Virus record (IMG/VR): IMGVR_UViG_3300027759_004177
Span: 62,001-126,000 of that record
Direction: 5' to 3' (one strand)
DNA length: 64,000 nt
Below, one piece after another: positions 36,269 to 45,726 of this stretch. Positions within the stretch are counted from its first letter, which is position 1, and every line of letters starts with the position of its first letter. Below the pieces are notes generated by a model. It made no database searches, was not told the origin of the DNA, and saw nothing but the letters and a program-made list of their open reading frames with translations. The position numbers were made by a program, and so were the translations under genes.

Positions 36269-37488
36269 TGTGGTCGTGTGTTTCCGTAATGTATAACACA
36301 AATTTCTTTGCTGTCTGTGGTATACTTGCGCCACGGATCAATGACAATGCTACCACTGAGTATTTCACAATACAGTGGTTGCTTGTCAGTAACACCAGCA
36401 TAACCGTAGGTTACTTGTTGGTTGTGTGCCAACAATACGCAACCTACAACACTGGCTGGTACTGTGTCTGGATCTGTTAAGGGATCAATATAATAAGGAT
36501 CAATACCCATTTGTTTTAAATAGCTACCCACTAGCAAACTATAACTGCCTTCTAGGTAAGCCACACCAGGTTTGTATGCTTTGCCGTGTATGTAAACAGG
36601 AAGTCCTGTACGGTTGTCATAAATGTAACGTGCCATGTTCTTGGCCTGGACCTCACGTGCTTTCATGATGGTATCAAAGATATCGTATCCAAGATCCAAG
36701 TTTTCTGCAAGATAACGCAAGGCTATGTTATCTCTAGGATGACATGGCCCTGCATCTCCCATTCCTGCCGTCATGTACTTGGGTCCCATGATCCGCATGG
36801 TTGAATTGGCCAGGGCATCAGTGACCACGTCCACATTGATGTTGCCTTGCTTGACAGCTACGTCTTGGATCATGTTTACCAGGCCAATCTTTGCTGAGAT
36901 GAATGTGTTGTAAAATACCTTGATACATTCAGCCTCGTCCCACGTGCCCACTACGTAACGTGGATTGTTCTCCATTAATGTATTATAGAAGTCAGTCAAT
37001 AAGCGAGCATCGCCTGTCTCGCTACCGTCTTCAGTACCAATGATAACCATCTCTGGGTTAACCATGTCCCATTCAACTGATCCCATTGCGATCAAGTATG
37101 GGTTATAAATGAAACGTGCCTTGGTAATGTGTGTCTTCAGTTCTCTACGTGTAGTGCCGGGAAGAACTGTGGAGATAAGAACTACTAACTGCTCGGGTGT
37201 TGCAAATTCATTGACTTGCCGTAATACATCATTGACAATGGTATAGTCAAAGTCTTTGTTCTTCAAATGAGTGATAGGTTGATCGCCACCGTAGATAGGA
37301 TCATGCGGAGTTTGCACAGCAATAAACACCAGTTCCTTGCCTTCTACCGCTTGTTGCAAAGTGGATGCAATAATTATTTTATCACTTTTCACTGGATAAA
37401 TATCATAACCAGTTACATTATGTTGGCTTGCCATGGTTTCAGCACAAGCCATTCCTAATTTTCCACAACCTATAAAGCCTACGTTCAT
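36265..37488 (-). CDS. UDP-glucose/GDP-mannose dehydrogenase family protein
   Basis: GCGKLG, AVQTP, STVLPGTT, AECIK..YN, GPCHPRD. Confidence 0.9.
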   Translation of the reverse strand: MNVGFIGCGKLGMACAETMASQHNVTGYDIYPVKSDKIIIASTLQQAVEGKELVFIAVQTPHDPIYGGDQPITHLKNKDFDYTIVNDVLRQVNEFATPEQLVVLISTVLPGTTRRELKTHITKARFIYNPYLIAMGSVEWDMVNPEMVIIGTEDGSETGDARLLTDFYNTLMENNPRYVVGTWDEAECIKVFYNTFISAKIGLVNMIQDVAVKQGNINVDVVTDALANSTMRIMGPKYMTAGMGDAGPCHPRDNIALRYLAENLDLGYDIFDTIMKAREVQAKNMARYIYDNRTGLPVYIHGKAYKPGVAYLEGSYSLLVGSYLKQMGIDPYYIDPLTDPDTVPASVVGCVLLAHNQQVTYGYAGVTDKQPLYCEILSGSIVIDPWRKYTTDSKEICVIHYGNTRPQ

Positions 37489-37491
37489 TTA

Positions 37492-38709
37492 ATGTTTTCC
37501 TTAGACAGATTTTACAATATTCTTCATGATAACTTAATATCAAAATTTACCAACGGTAAAAGTGTTTACTTCTACCCCTTTGGCACGTATCAGCAACAAA
37601 ATTTCCTAAATACTAAAATTGATTCAGTTGACCCGGGATTCGGTACCTACAGTCAACAATGGCATATTCAAAACTCCTGGATACATTGTTACTTTTTTGA
37701 TCAAGAGCCTTACTACGATTATACACTACCAATTATACGAAAATCTCAATTGCAACCAGGACATTTTACAGGACCATCACGCATCAATCTTTTGGCTAAC
37801 AGCGAACATTCAAAATTAAAAAATAATTTTGTTAAATCCAATGGATACTACGACTGGTATTATTTTTATCACGGCTTTGCTGCATTGGATTGGTACAGAG
37901 ATTTTCAGTATATTGAACCTGGATCATTTAATCGATTTGATAAAGTATTTATATGTTACAATCATTTGACGTCAAAATATCGTTCCTATCGATTACATCT
38001 TGTTAGTAGTTTGTTAGAACAAGATTTGGTCAAATCGGGGTCAGTCAGTCTATTCCATGAGGGTTGGAAAAAGACAATTGAAGATCCCAACAATCCGTTA
38101 GACAATCGTGCTCGAGTAAAGATATATAAACAATTACGGAATATTAGCGATCCATTGATCATTGACACAGCGACGCCCGATGGTACGTTAAGTGCCAGTG
38201 TCAATTTTGATAGTCTAACCAGCGCCTTGTTTCATGTAGTTACAGAAACTGTATATTTTCAAGACAAGTTACACTTGACAGAAAAAGTGTTTAAGCCCAT
38301 TGTGGCTCAACGACCTTTCTTTTTGGTTAGTACTCCTGGCAGTCTTGCCTACTTAAAACGCTACGGGTTTCGTACATTTGATCGTTGGATAGATGAAAGT
38401 TACGACCAAGAGCAGGATCATTATGTACGCATAGAAAAAATCACATTTGAGCTTGCCAAACTGTGTGCTATGTCTCCGGCAGTACTTAGACAAATGTACT
38501 TGGAAATGCAAGAGGTACTAGAATATAACTTCACGCATTTTTATACCGGATTTAAGGATCTTATTGTTGACGAATTAGTGGATAACTTTGAACACGTACT
38601 ATGTCAAATCAACAACGGAAGACAACCTGGTAATCACAGTCGTTATCATCAACGGTTTGAATTGACCCCAGAGTATCTACTAGAAGTAAAAACCCGCCTC
38701 AAACAATAA
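37492..38709 (+). CDS. glycosyltransferase-like protein (TEKxxKP family)
   Basis: VVTET...LTEKVFKPI...LKRYGFRTF..WIDESYD. Confidence 0.6.
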   Translation: MFSLDRFYNILHDNLISKFTNGKSVYFYPFGTYQQQNFLNTKIDSVDPGFGTYSQQWHIQNSWIHCYFFDQEPYYDYTLPIIRKSQLQPGHFTGPSRINLLANSEHSKLKNNFVKSNGYYDWYYFYHGFAALDWYRDFQYIEPGSFNRFDKVFICYNHLTSKYRSYRLHLVSSLLEQDLVKSGSVSLFHEGWKKTIEDPNNPLDNRARVKIYKQLRNISDPLIIDTATPDGTLSASVNFDSLTSALFHVVTETVYFQDKLHLTEKVFKPIVAQRPFFLVSTPGSLAYLKRYGFRTFDRWIDESYDQEQDHYVRIEKITFELAKLCAMSPAVLRQMYLEMQEVLEYNFTHFYTGFKDLIVDELVDNFEHVLCQINNGRQPGNHSRYHQRFELTPEYLLEVKTRLKQ

Positions 38710-38759
38710 ATACTTGTACATTAAGAACAGCTAAAGCTGTCGTGTATCAAGGAGCTAGT

Positions 38760-39041
38760 ATGAATGAAGCATTTAAGATCATCGGAGATCTAGGTTTTCC
38801 GATTGCTGCCGCACTCGCTGGTGGTTACTTTGTATATCTCACAATCAAACTGTTATTAGCTGGAGTATTGTCCGCTATCAAAGGCATGGCCGGCATTATC
38901 ACAGCCTTAGACAATCGTGTAAAAACTATGAATCACGATGTTATCCGCATTGATACCATTGTTAGTAATGCACTAGGTCTCAAACCTGATACTGATCGTA
39001 TTGCCCGTGCAGACGGCAAGAACGATGCAAGGAGAGACTAA
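38760..39041 (+). CDS. small membrane protein (GFPI family, holin-like)
   Basis: GFPIAAA TM then coiled coil; paralog of 39341. Confidence 0.7.
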   Translation: MNEAFKIIGDLGFPIAAALAGGYFVYLTIKLLLAGVLSAIKGMAGIITALDNRVKTMNHDVIRIDTIVSNALGLKPDTDRIARADGKNDARRD

Positions 39042-39235
39042 TGAGATACTACGACTACGAATGGGACCTGGAGCCCAATAGAATCCTGTTAGACGCTGAA
39101 CTCAATGTAGATGCATTAGGCTGGCGCGGCGGCGACTATTTTAAAGTTATTAATCATAATGGTCGTGTTATGTTGGTCAAAGTTGACCCGCTGGAAAAAT
39201 TTCTAAGAGACGGAGTTGGCGATGAAAAAATATGA
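39041..39235 (+). CDS. hypothetical protein
   Basis: stop/start overlap in operon. Confidence 0.65.
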   Translation: MRYYDYEWDLEPNRILLDAELNVDALGWRGGDYFKVINHNGRVMLVKVDPLEKFLRDGVGDEKI

Positions 39236-39338
39236 TCCTTATGCATTACCACTTAAACAGATTTGGACCGATGGTGATCTAGCCAAGTTTGCACTTATCG
39301 CATTTATAGCAGGTGTAATTACAGGGATATTATTTTAA
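39222..39338 (+). CDS. 38-aa membrane peptide
   Basis: GGAG SD; C-terminal hydrophobic helix. Confidence 0.55.
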   Translation: MKKYDPYALPLKQIWTDGDLAKFALIAFIAGVITGILF

Positions 39339-39340
39339 TC

Positions 39341-39661
39341 ATGGACATTGTAAATTTAATAAACAAATATGGCTTTCCCATTGTGATGGCAGTGGGCATG
39401 GGCTACATCATCAAGTATGTGTGGGAATGGGCCACAAAAGAAGTCAAGCCTGTTATTTCGGATGCCAATACAGTTCTTATTGCTCTTATCGATCGCATCC
39501 GTATGCTAGACAATGACTTGATTCGTTTGAATCAAAAAGTCAATACTGTGTTACATCTACGCGGTAAGACCATTGAGTATGAACGTGTAGAAGCAGAAAA
39601 AGCCATCAATAAAATAGAAAAAACAGTCAACGACAAAGAAGCCACCGGCGGTAACGGATAA
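39341..39661 (+). CDS. small membrane protein (GFPI family, holin-like)
   Basis: YGFPIVMA; LIDRIRMLDNDLIR resembles LDNRVKTMNHDVIR of 38760. Confidence 0.7.
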   Translation: MDIVNLINKYGFPIVMAVGMGYIIKYVWEWATKEVKPVISDANTVLIALIDRIRMLDNDLIRLNQKVNTVLHLRGKTIEYERVEAEKAINKIEKTVNDKEATGGNG

Positions 39662-39678
39662 TCCAATGGCTTATCAAT

Positions 39679-39703
39679 AAAAGCCCCATAAGGGGCTTTT
39701 TTT
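39679..39703. terminator. bidirectional terminator
   Basis: AAAAGCCCC-ataa-GGGGCTTTTTTT. Confidence 0.85.
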
Positions 39704-40391
39704 ATGACTTGAACAAATATCGTTTATGTAAATGTAATCTTGCCTTGTTGTATTGAATGGCAGTAATAACTAGTGCTACTGCCCACGGTACAATGGCGGC
39801 GGCCCATGGAACAAGTCCTGCCCACCAACTAGCCATCAATGGTTCTTTCATTAACATCAACATGGCAACAGCAAACAATACAAATGATCCTACAAATACT
39901 GTATCTGGCCAACGCGATAGAATCTTACTGACCATAGTAGCACCAAACAGAATGATTGGTACACTAATTAACAAGCCAGCAATAACTAGAACAAAACTTC
40001 CGTTAGCGGCTGCGGCAATACCTAATGCGTTGTCTATGCCCATAACAGCATCGGCAACTACAATAGTACCAATTGCACCCCAGAATGTATCCTTAGCGTC
40101 AATGTTGTGTTCGCCGTGATCAAATACTAACTTCCACCCAATCCATATCAATGCCGCGGCACATATGGCACGCAGGCCTGGAATCATTAGTAGGTAGGTT
40201 AATGCTGCTACTGATACAAAGCGTATAGCAATAGCACCAAAGGTTCCCCAAAAGATTGCTTTTTTGCGTAAGTGGTCTGGTAATTTGTTAGCCGCCATTC
40301 CAATAACAAGAGCGTTATCACCGGCTAATACAATGTCTATCAAAATGATAGCGAGAAATGCCCAAAGGGCTTGAAGTGTAAAGAGTTCCAT
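39702..40391 (-). CDS. TerC family membrane protein (YjbE-type)
   Basis: IDIVLAGDNALVI, IVVADAVMGIDNALGI. Confidence 0.92.
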   Translation of the reverse strand: MELFTLQALWAFLAIILIDIVLAGDNALVIGMAANKLPDHLRKKAIFWGTFGAIAIRFVSVAALTYLLMIPGLRAICAAALIWIGWKLVFDHGEHNIDAKDTFWGAIGTIVVADAVMGIDNALGIAAAANGSFVLVIAGLLISVPIILFGATMVSKILSRWPDTVFVGSFVLFAVAMLMLMKEPLMASWWAGLVPWAAAIVPWAVALVITAIQYNKARLHLHKRYLFKS

Positions 40392-40406
40392 AATCTTCCT
40401 TAAAAG

Positions 40407-40499
40407 TTATGGTCTCACCTCTTTGTCTATGCGCCGGATATTGTATATCGTGTTGACGACACTTAGAACCAGCACCTGCTGGTTGGTTACTCCCCACAT
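40407..40499 (-). ncRNA. yybP-ykoY (Mn2+) riboswitch
   Basis: GGGGAGUA...CGUCAAC...CGGCG...GGUGAGACCAU directly 5' of the terC-family gene. Confidence 0.85.
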
Positions 40500-40537
40500 G
40501 TATTTATATACAAATTTTCATTTACAATAAATATTAG

Positions 40538-41272
40538 ATGGGCTTATTAATATACATTCTGGTGATGACTCACATCACCATTGCTTGCGTTACTCTATAT
40601 CTACATAGAAGTCAAGCACACCGCGGCGTTAAATTTGATTCACGTGTTGAACACTTTATGCGTTTTTGGCTGTGGCTAACCACAGGCATGGTCACAAAAC
40701 AATGGGTAGCAACACATCGCAAGCATCACAGATTCACTGATGCCGACGGTGATCCACACAGCCCACATGTGTTTGGAATCTGGCAAGTATTCCTGTGTGG
40801 TGCATTTTACTATGCTGACGCTGCCAAAGACAAACAAATGGTTGAACAATACGGAGTAGGTACACCCGACGATTGGGTTGAAAAGAATATCTACACACCA
40901 TTTAACTTTGTGGGCATAGTGTTAATGTTTTTTATCAACTGTGCTATATTTGGTTGGGCATGGGGATGGTTACCTTGGTTATGGCAAATGATTTGGATTC
41001 CCTTATGGGCCGCAGGTGTCATCAACGGTTTTGGGCACTGGTGGGGATATCGCAACACACAGACCAAAGATTACTCAACCAACATTGTGCCGTGGGCATT
41101 CTTCATTGGCGGAGAAGAACTGCACAACAATCATCACGCAGATCCTGCTAGTGCTAAACTTAGTATGAAGCGGTGGGAATGGGATCTAGGCTGGACCTAT
41201 ATTAAACTTCTAAATCGATTTGGTCTTGCCACTGTCAAAAACCCTCAAATCGACAACGTGCCGGCCAATTAA
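40538..41272 (+). CDS. delta-9 fatty acid desaturase
   Basis: HRSQAH, HRKHH, GEELHNNHH. Confidence 0.92.
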   Translation: MGLLIYILVMTHITIACVTLYLHRSQAHRGVKFDSRVEHFMRFWLWLTTGMVTKQWVATHRKHHRFTDADGDPHSPHVFGIWQVFLCGAFYYADAAKDKQMVEQYGVGTPDDWVEKNIYTPFNFVGIVLMFFINCAIFGWAWGWLPWLWQMIWIPLWAAGVINGFGHWWGYRNTQTKDYSTNIVPWAFFIGGEELHNNHHADPASAKLSMKRWEWDLGWTYIKLLNRFGLATVKNPQIDNVPAN

Positions 41273-42328
41273 GTTTAAAAACTCCAGTTGTGATTCTGCC
41301 TTAGGCGCACAATATCCACAAGCACAAGTATCTTTAACACAACGTATTACAGGCATGCCTGTGGTAAACTGTTGTCGAACTGTGTCAATAATTGCTCGAT
41401 AGTTGTTGATGGTGCCAAGAGGCTCAACTCGTCCTGTGGTACTTGTTTTACAATCCTTGTTGGTGTACACCAGTCCAGTCAGTTGTTCTACAAATAAAAA
41501 ATACCAGTTGACACCGCACGACCAATCACGAAATCCTTGCCTTGGAACAAACGTAATAGCTTCTCGTAAGTTACCATTGGTACTTAACTTACGTCCACCA
41601 CAGCAGGCACGACCTTGTTCAATCATGTTTTTACTAGCATCAAAATCTGACTTACTCACCCAAAACATTTTCATGTAATCAACTTGTTGATCGTTGTACT
41701 TCCACTCTTTGCCCGCAGGGGTGTCTACTACTTTTGCCAAATAGTTGATATTGTGTTCTTTACAAAACTCAATTGCCTGTTCACTGTCTGACCATTTGGT
41801 GTTGTGCATCATAATGATTGCTTTACAAGGCTTGTTGGCCGACTTTAAGATCAACAAGTTATTGAAATATAGTTGTTGTTGCTTGGGCAAGCCTTCAGCA
41901 TGATAGCTCATTGAAAAATAATCCACTAACGGAACTATTTTACCAAACTGATTTTCGCCTACTACTCCGTTGGTTGTGCATGTAACAGTCAAGTGCCATT
42001 GATCCTCATAGGGTCGGTATTTGATTCTGACCTGCTCGAGTATTTCTACAATATCAGGATGGAACAGACTTTCGCCACCATACACATTTAAGATAACTTT
42101 ACGTTGACTGGGTTTGATATGTCGCATGTATTCGCTTACATACGCAAACATAAAATCTATACTTTGCAAACATTCTGCAAGTGGAGGGTGTTCTGTTGTG
42201 TTGTCGTGTTCAGTTGGACCACAATACGTGCAATCAAGATTACAGCGTTTGGTAACTTCCCAATCTAATAGAAAACTAGGGGTGTTGGTGGGATCCAAGG
42301 CAAAGGATATAGAACATACGTCAGACAT
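41210..42328 (-). CDS. radical SAM protein
   Basis: CNLDCTYC, YGGE, TTNG; extra C-terminal Cys cluster. Confidence 0.85.
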   Translation of the reverse strand: MSDVCSISFALDPTNTPSFLLDWEVTKRCNLDCTYCGPTEHDNTTEHPPLAECLQSIDFMFAYVSEYMRHIKPSQRKVILNVYGGESLFHPDIVEILEQVRIKYRPYEDQWHLTVTCTTNGVVGENQFGKIVPLVDYFSMSYHAEGLPKQQQLYFNNLLILKSANKPCKAIIMMHNTKWSDSEQAIEFCKEHNINYLAKVVDTPAGKEWKYNDQQVDYMKMFWVSKSDFDASKNMIEQGRACCGGRKLSTNGNLREAITFVPRQGFRDWSCGVNWYFLFVEQLTGLVYTNKDCKTSTTGRVEPLGTINNYRAIIDTVRQQFTTGMPVIRCVKDTCACGYCAPKAESQLEFLNLIGRHVVDLRVFDSGKTKSI

Positions 42329-42513
42329 AAGTTAAGTATAACAGAAAAAGGTTAAGGAATCAACCGGGGCGACACAAATTGGATTTGGCACCGTTTAAAC
42401 TATACATACTGATCCACTTGTCGACTTCGCTGCCATATTCGGGCATACGGTACGGCAAGAAATACAACTGTAAAAACCACCATACATAATTATCAATATA
42501 AAAATCAATTAGG

Positions 42514-44565
42514 TTATTTCTCATGAGCTATGAATTCCCCATTCCAGTTTGCTGGTAGGTCTTGTTGCTTCATAAAGTCGCAACGTTCAATCCATATCTT
42601 ATAGTACTTGTCCATTTGTCCACCAAAGTTGCCTGTTAACTTTTTGCACATGGCGGCCGCTTCATTGAATTTTTTCTGACGGTACAGGTCATGCATTACA
42701 TCGTGTGCTTCCTTGTCTTTGCTGTAATCTTCACCTCGAGTACGTAATACTGTATAGATTAAGTCTGCTACTGTCTTGCCTTTTGGTTGTAAGTTATCCA
42801 ACAGCAAGTAGAAGAAATCATCTTTAGTTCTGTTGTATGTTTCAGCACCGATAATGGCCAACACACCGTAAGCCTTACAACGTGCTTCTAGTCGGGCGGC
42901 TGTACTAACCATGTCACCCAAGATATCATAACTGTGTCGGTCGGTTGAACCCATCTCACCAATGAACCCAACACCTGTGTTACAGCCCCAGCCCATTGCA
43001 GCTGGCGGCAAGCCTTGTGCTTCCATTTCTTTGGTATAAGCATCTACAGCGTCTAACATTTCTAAACCTACTTTGACAATAGTTCTAGCATGATCAGGAT
43101 CGTCTATAGGCGCACCATGAATGTGCATACTTGCATCACCCACATACTTGATAACCATACCCCGGTTGTCCATGATAGGTTTTGAAATAGCATCCATGTA
43201 ACCGTTCATGTATTTGCCTAATCCGCCTACATCATCGCCATAGTGTTCGCCAATTGGTGTAAAGCCACGTAAGTCACTAAACATAACACTTACGTCTTTA
43301 CGCACACCACGTTTGATCAAGTCAGGATCTTTCTGTAACATCTCCACAACTTCTTTTGAACAGTAACCAGCAAACTGTTTCTTTATGGCTTGCTTTTGTA
43401 AGAACTCGCTTACAAACTTAACACCGTAAGCATGAAGGAGAATAACAGTGAGGCCGCCAGCAAGGGCAGTAATGTCAAATAGCCAAGCATTAGCCGTGTA
43501 AACGTACTGAGATACAGGATACAAAATACCAAGAGCGATAACACCAGTAGCAAGTCCAACATATACATACCTCGTTAAAAATAATAATACGATACCTAAA
43601 ACCACAATAGCAATGATCTCAGCACCATCGGCCCAGTCGGGTCTTGATATTGCTGGACGATCTTTGTTGGCAATAACTGTGCCTAATACTGCGGCCTGTA
43701 AATCTTGTGGTAACATTTCGCCCAGGCTTGTGGCTACAGGGTTTGCTAGACCTTGCGCCGACACACCAACAATAACGATTTCACCATCAAAGTCTCGGGG
43801 CAAGTTGGTTAGGCTATAACGCTCTGGTGTCAAGCTCCAGTCAATCCATATACGACTCAAGCTGTCTGTGGTCACAGGACCAAATGCTGGAATTCGCATT
43901 TTCTCAACACCCTGCTCATTGATTTTAACTTGGAAGGTTGAGTCGCCTGCAGCCACACGCATGACTTCCATGGCCAGGCTTGGATACAATCGACCGTTGT
44001 AAGCAACTACCAGTGGCATACGACGCACAACACCGTCAACTTCCGGAAACGTGTTAACAACACCAACTCCGGCAGCGGCCGTTTCTACACTGGGAATGTT
44101 AGCGATAAGCCCCGGATAGGTCACAAACGCATCTAAACCAAATGGTCCAATTACTGCTGATCCTGGAGCTCGTGGTTGATTTCTTGTCGTTGTTGATCCA
44201 ATGCTAGGAAGTACCGTTGGGTATTGTTTTAACGCTTGCACATACGCAGTATCTTGCCCCATACGGTCTTTATCTGGAGTAAGAATATTAAACACAACAA
44301 GACCAGCATTACGTCTGTAAAGGTCTCGAATAATGGCACCGTATGTATCACGGGAAAAAGGAAATTGCCCATATCGTTCTAATGCTTTCTCATCTATGTT
44401 TACTACACTGACCCCGATCGTTTCGGCAGGTCGGCTAGTAACAAGTGTATCGAAATAGCGTAGCCTTACGCTTTCAACAAACATAGGATCTGCAACACGC
44501 AAGCCCACAATGATTGCTAGTGTTAATAGAGCAGTCCAAGGACTGATTAAGATTTTTTTGAACAT
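42514..44565 (-). CDS. CHASE2-domain class III adenylate/guanylate cyclase
   Basis: DGVVRRMPL (CHASE2), 3 TM, FSDLRGFT, KYVGD, GDMVSTAARLE. Confidence 0.93.
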   Translation of the reverse strand: MFKKILISPWTALLTLAIIVGLRVADPMFVESVRLRYFDTLVTSRPAETIGVSVVNIDEKALERYGQFPFSRDTYGAIIRDLYRRNAGLVVFNILTPDKDRMGQDTAYVQALKQYPTVLPSIGSTTTRNQPRAPGSAVIGPFGLDAFVTYPGLIANIPSVETAAAGVGVVNTFPEVDGVVRRMPLVVAYNGRLYPSLAMEVMRVAAGDSTFQVKINEQGVEKMRIPAFGPVTTDSLSRIWIDWSLTPERYSLTNLPRDFDGEIVIVGVSAQGLANPVATSLGEMLPQDLQAAVLGTVIANKDRPAISRPDWADGAEIIAIVVLGIVLLFLTRYVYVGLATGVIALGILYPVSQYVYTANAWLFDITALAGGLTVILLHAYGVKFVSEFLQKQAIKKQFAGYCSKEVVEMLQKDPDLIKRGVRKDVSVMFSDLRGFTPIGEHYGDDVGGLGKYMNGYMDAISKPIMDNRGMVIKYVGDASMHIHGAPIDDPDHARTIVKVGLEMLDAVDAYTKEMEAQGLPPAAMGWGCNTGVGFIGEMGSTDRHSYDILGDMVSTAARLEARCKAYGVLAIIGAETYNRTKDDFFYLLLDNLQPKGKTVADLIYTVLRTRGEDYSKDKEAHDVMHDLYRQKKFNEAAAMCKKLTGNFGGQMDKYYKIWIERCDFMKQQDLPANWNGEFIAHEK

Positions 44566-44575
44566 CAAGTATTTA

Positions 44576-45571
44576 TTACTTGATCACTGCTAGATTGTCT
44601 TTGAAAATACGCCAGCATTCATCCCAGGTCCAACGTTGACTGGACTGTTTAACCACGCGACCGCTTAGTTTTAAACACTTTTCAACTGCTACCGCTAGGT
44701 CGTTGTCCATATAGCCGTTTATGCCATTTTCAATGATGTCTACGGGACCTTGTACAGGAAAGGCTGCTACAGGAGTACCTTGTGCCATGGCTTCAATCAT
44801 CACTAGACCAAAGGTGTCTGCTCGGCTGGGAAACACAAACACATCAGCTTGATTGTAATAATCAACCAGCTCCTGTCCTTGTTTGTAGCCCACAAACTTA
44901 GCAGAAGGTAGCAACCGACGTGCTTCAGACATGTACGGTCCGTCGCCTACTATAACTAGTGTGTACGCATCTTGTAAAGGAATTAAATCTATCAGACCTT
45001 TTTCAGCACTGACCCGACCCACATTGAGAACCATTGGCTTAGAACGATCATCACACCATTCCGCTGTGGGCTTGATATCTCTGCGTACACCCCGAGTCCA
45101 GATAACCATGCGTCCAAATCCGTGTGATTTTAAATCCGCTTCTATGGTCTTTGTTGTGACCAGCACACGATGACTGTTTTTGTGGAACCAACGCAAATAC
45201 CAGTAAGTTAAACTTTTAGGCACATGATACATTGTTTTTAAGAACTTGGGAAAGTCTGTGTGATAGCTGGTATTGTAAGGAATACTGTTACGTTCACACC
45301 ACCAACGAGCAAAAAAGCCTACAGGCCCTTCTGTAGCGATGTGTATATAATCTGGCTGTATCGCTTTAATTTTCTTACTGATACCGTGCGGCCAGCACAA
45401 GCGAACTTCAGGATAACCAGGGCAAGCAAAATTAGGGAACTGCCCGGGATCAAGATAAACAACACTATACCCGTCACGCCTAGCATGATCTTCCAAGTTT
45501 TTGAAAGTTGTGACCACGCCGTTGATTTGATCTGGGACATTGTCTGTTATGATCAAGATTGTTTTTGACAT
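44576..45571 (-). CDS. GT4 glycosyltransferase (Agt-like DAG glycosyltransferase)
   Basis: QINGVV, HIATEGP.G, SYHT.FP, VGRVSAEK, DTFGLVMIEAMA.GTPV. Confidence 0.85.
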   Translation of the reverse strand: MSKTILIITDNVPDQINGVVTTFKNLEDHARRDGYSVVYLDPGQFPNFACPGYPEVRLCWPHGISKKIKAIQPDYIHIATEGPVGFFARWWCERNSIPYNTSYHTDFPKFLKTMYHVPKSLTYWYLRWFHKNSHRVLVTTKTIEADLKSHGFGRMVIWTRGVRRDIKPTAEWCDDRSKPMVLNVGRVSAEKGLIDLIPLQDAYTLVIVGDGPYMSEARRLLPSAKFVGYKQGQELVDYYNQADVFVFPSRADTFGLVMIEAMAQGTPVAAFPVQGPVDIIENGINGYMDNDLAVAVEKCLKLSGRVVKQSSQRWTWDECWRIFKDNLAVIK

Positions 45572-45726
45572 CGTGTACTTATTTTAAAATTATCAAATTT
45601 AAGCCAATATTGTACGGTGCTTTGAGCTCGCAAACATTCGGATTCGGTAGCAAATTCGATCGTTATTCGTCCTGGTATGTCTTGCGGATTATTCGTGTGA
45701 ACTGCCAGTAGTATCAGTATCCACAT
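45553..45726 (-). CDS. 57-aa secreted hypothetical protein
   Basis: MWILILLAV...EF....EC...C pattern. Confidence 0.5.
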   Translation of the reverse strand: MWILILLAVHTNNPQDIPGRITIEFATESECLRAQSTVQYWLKFDNFKISTRCQKQS

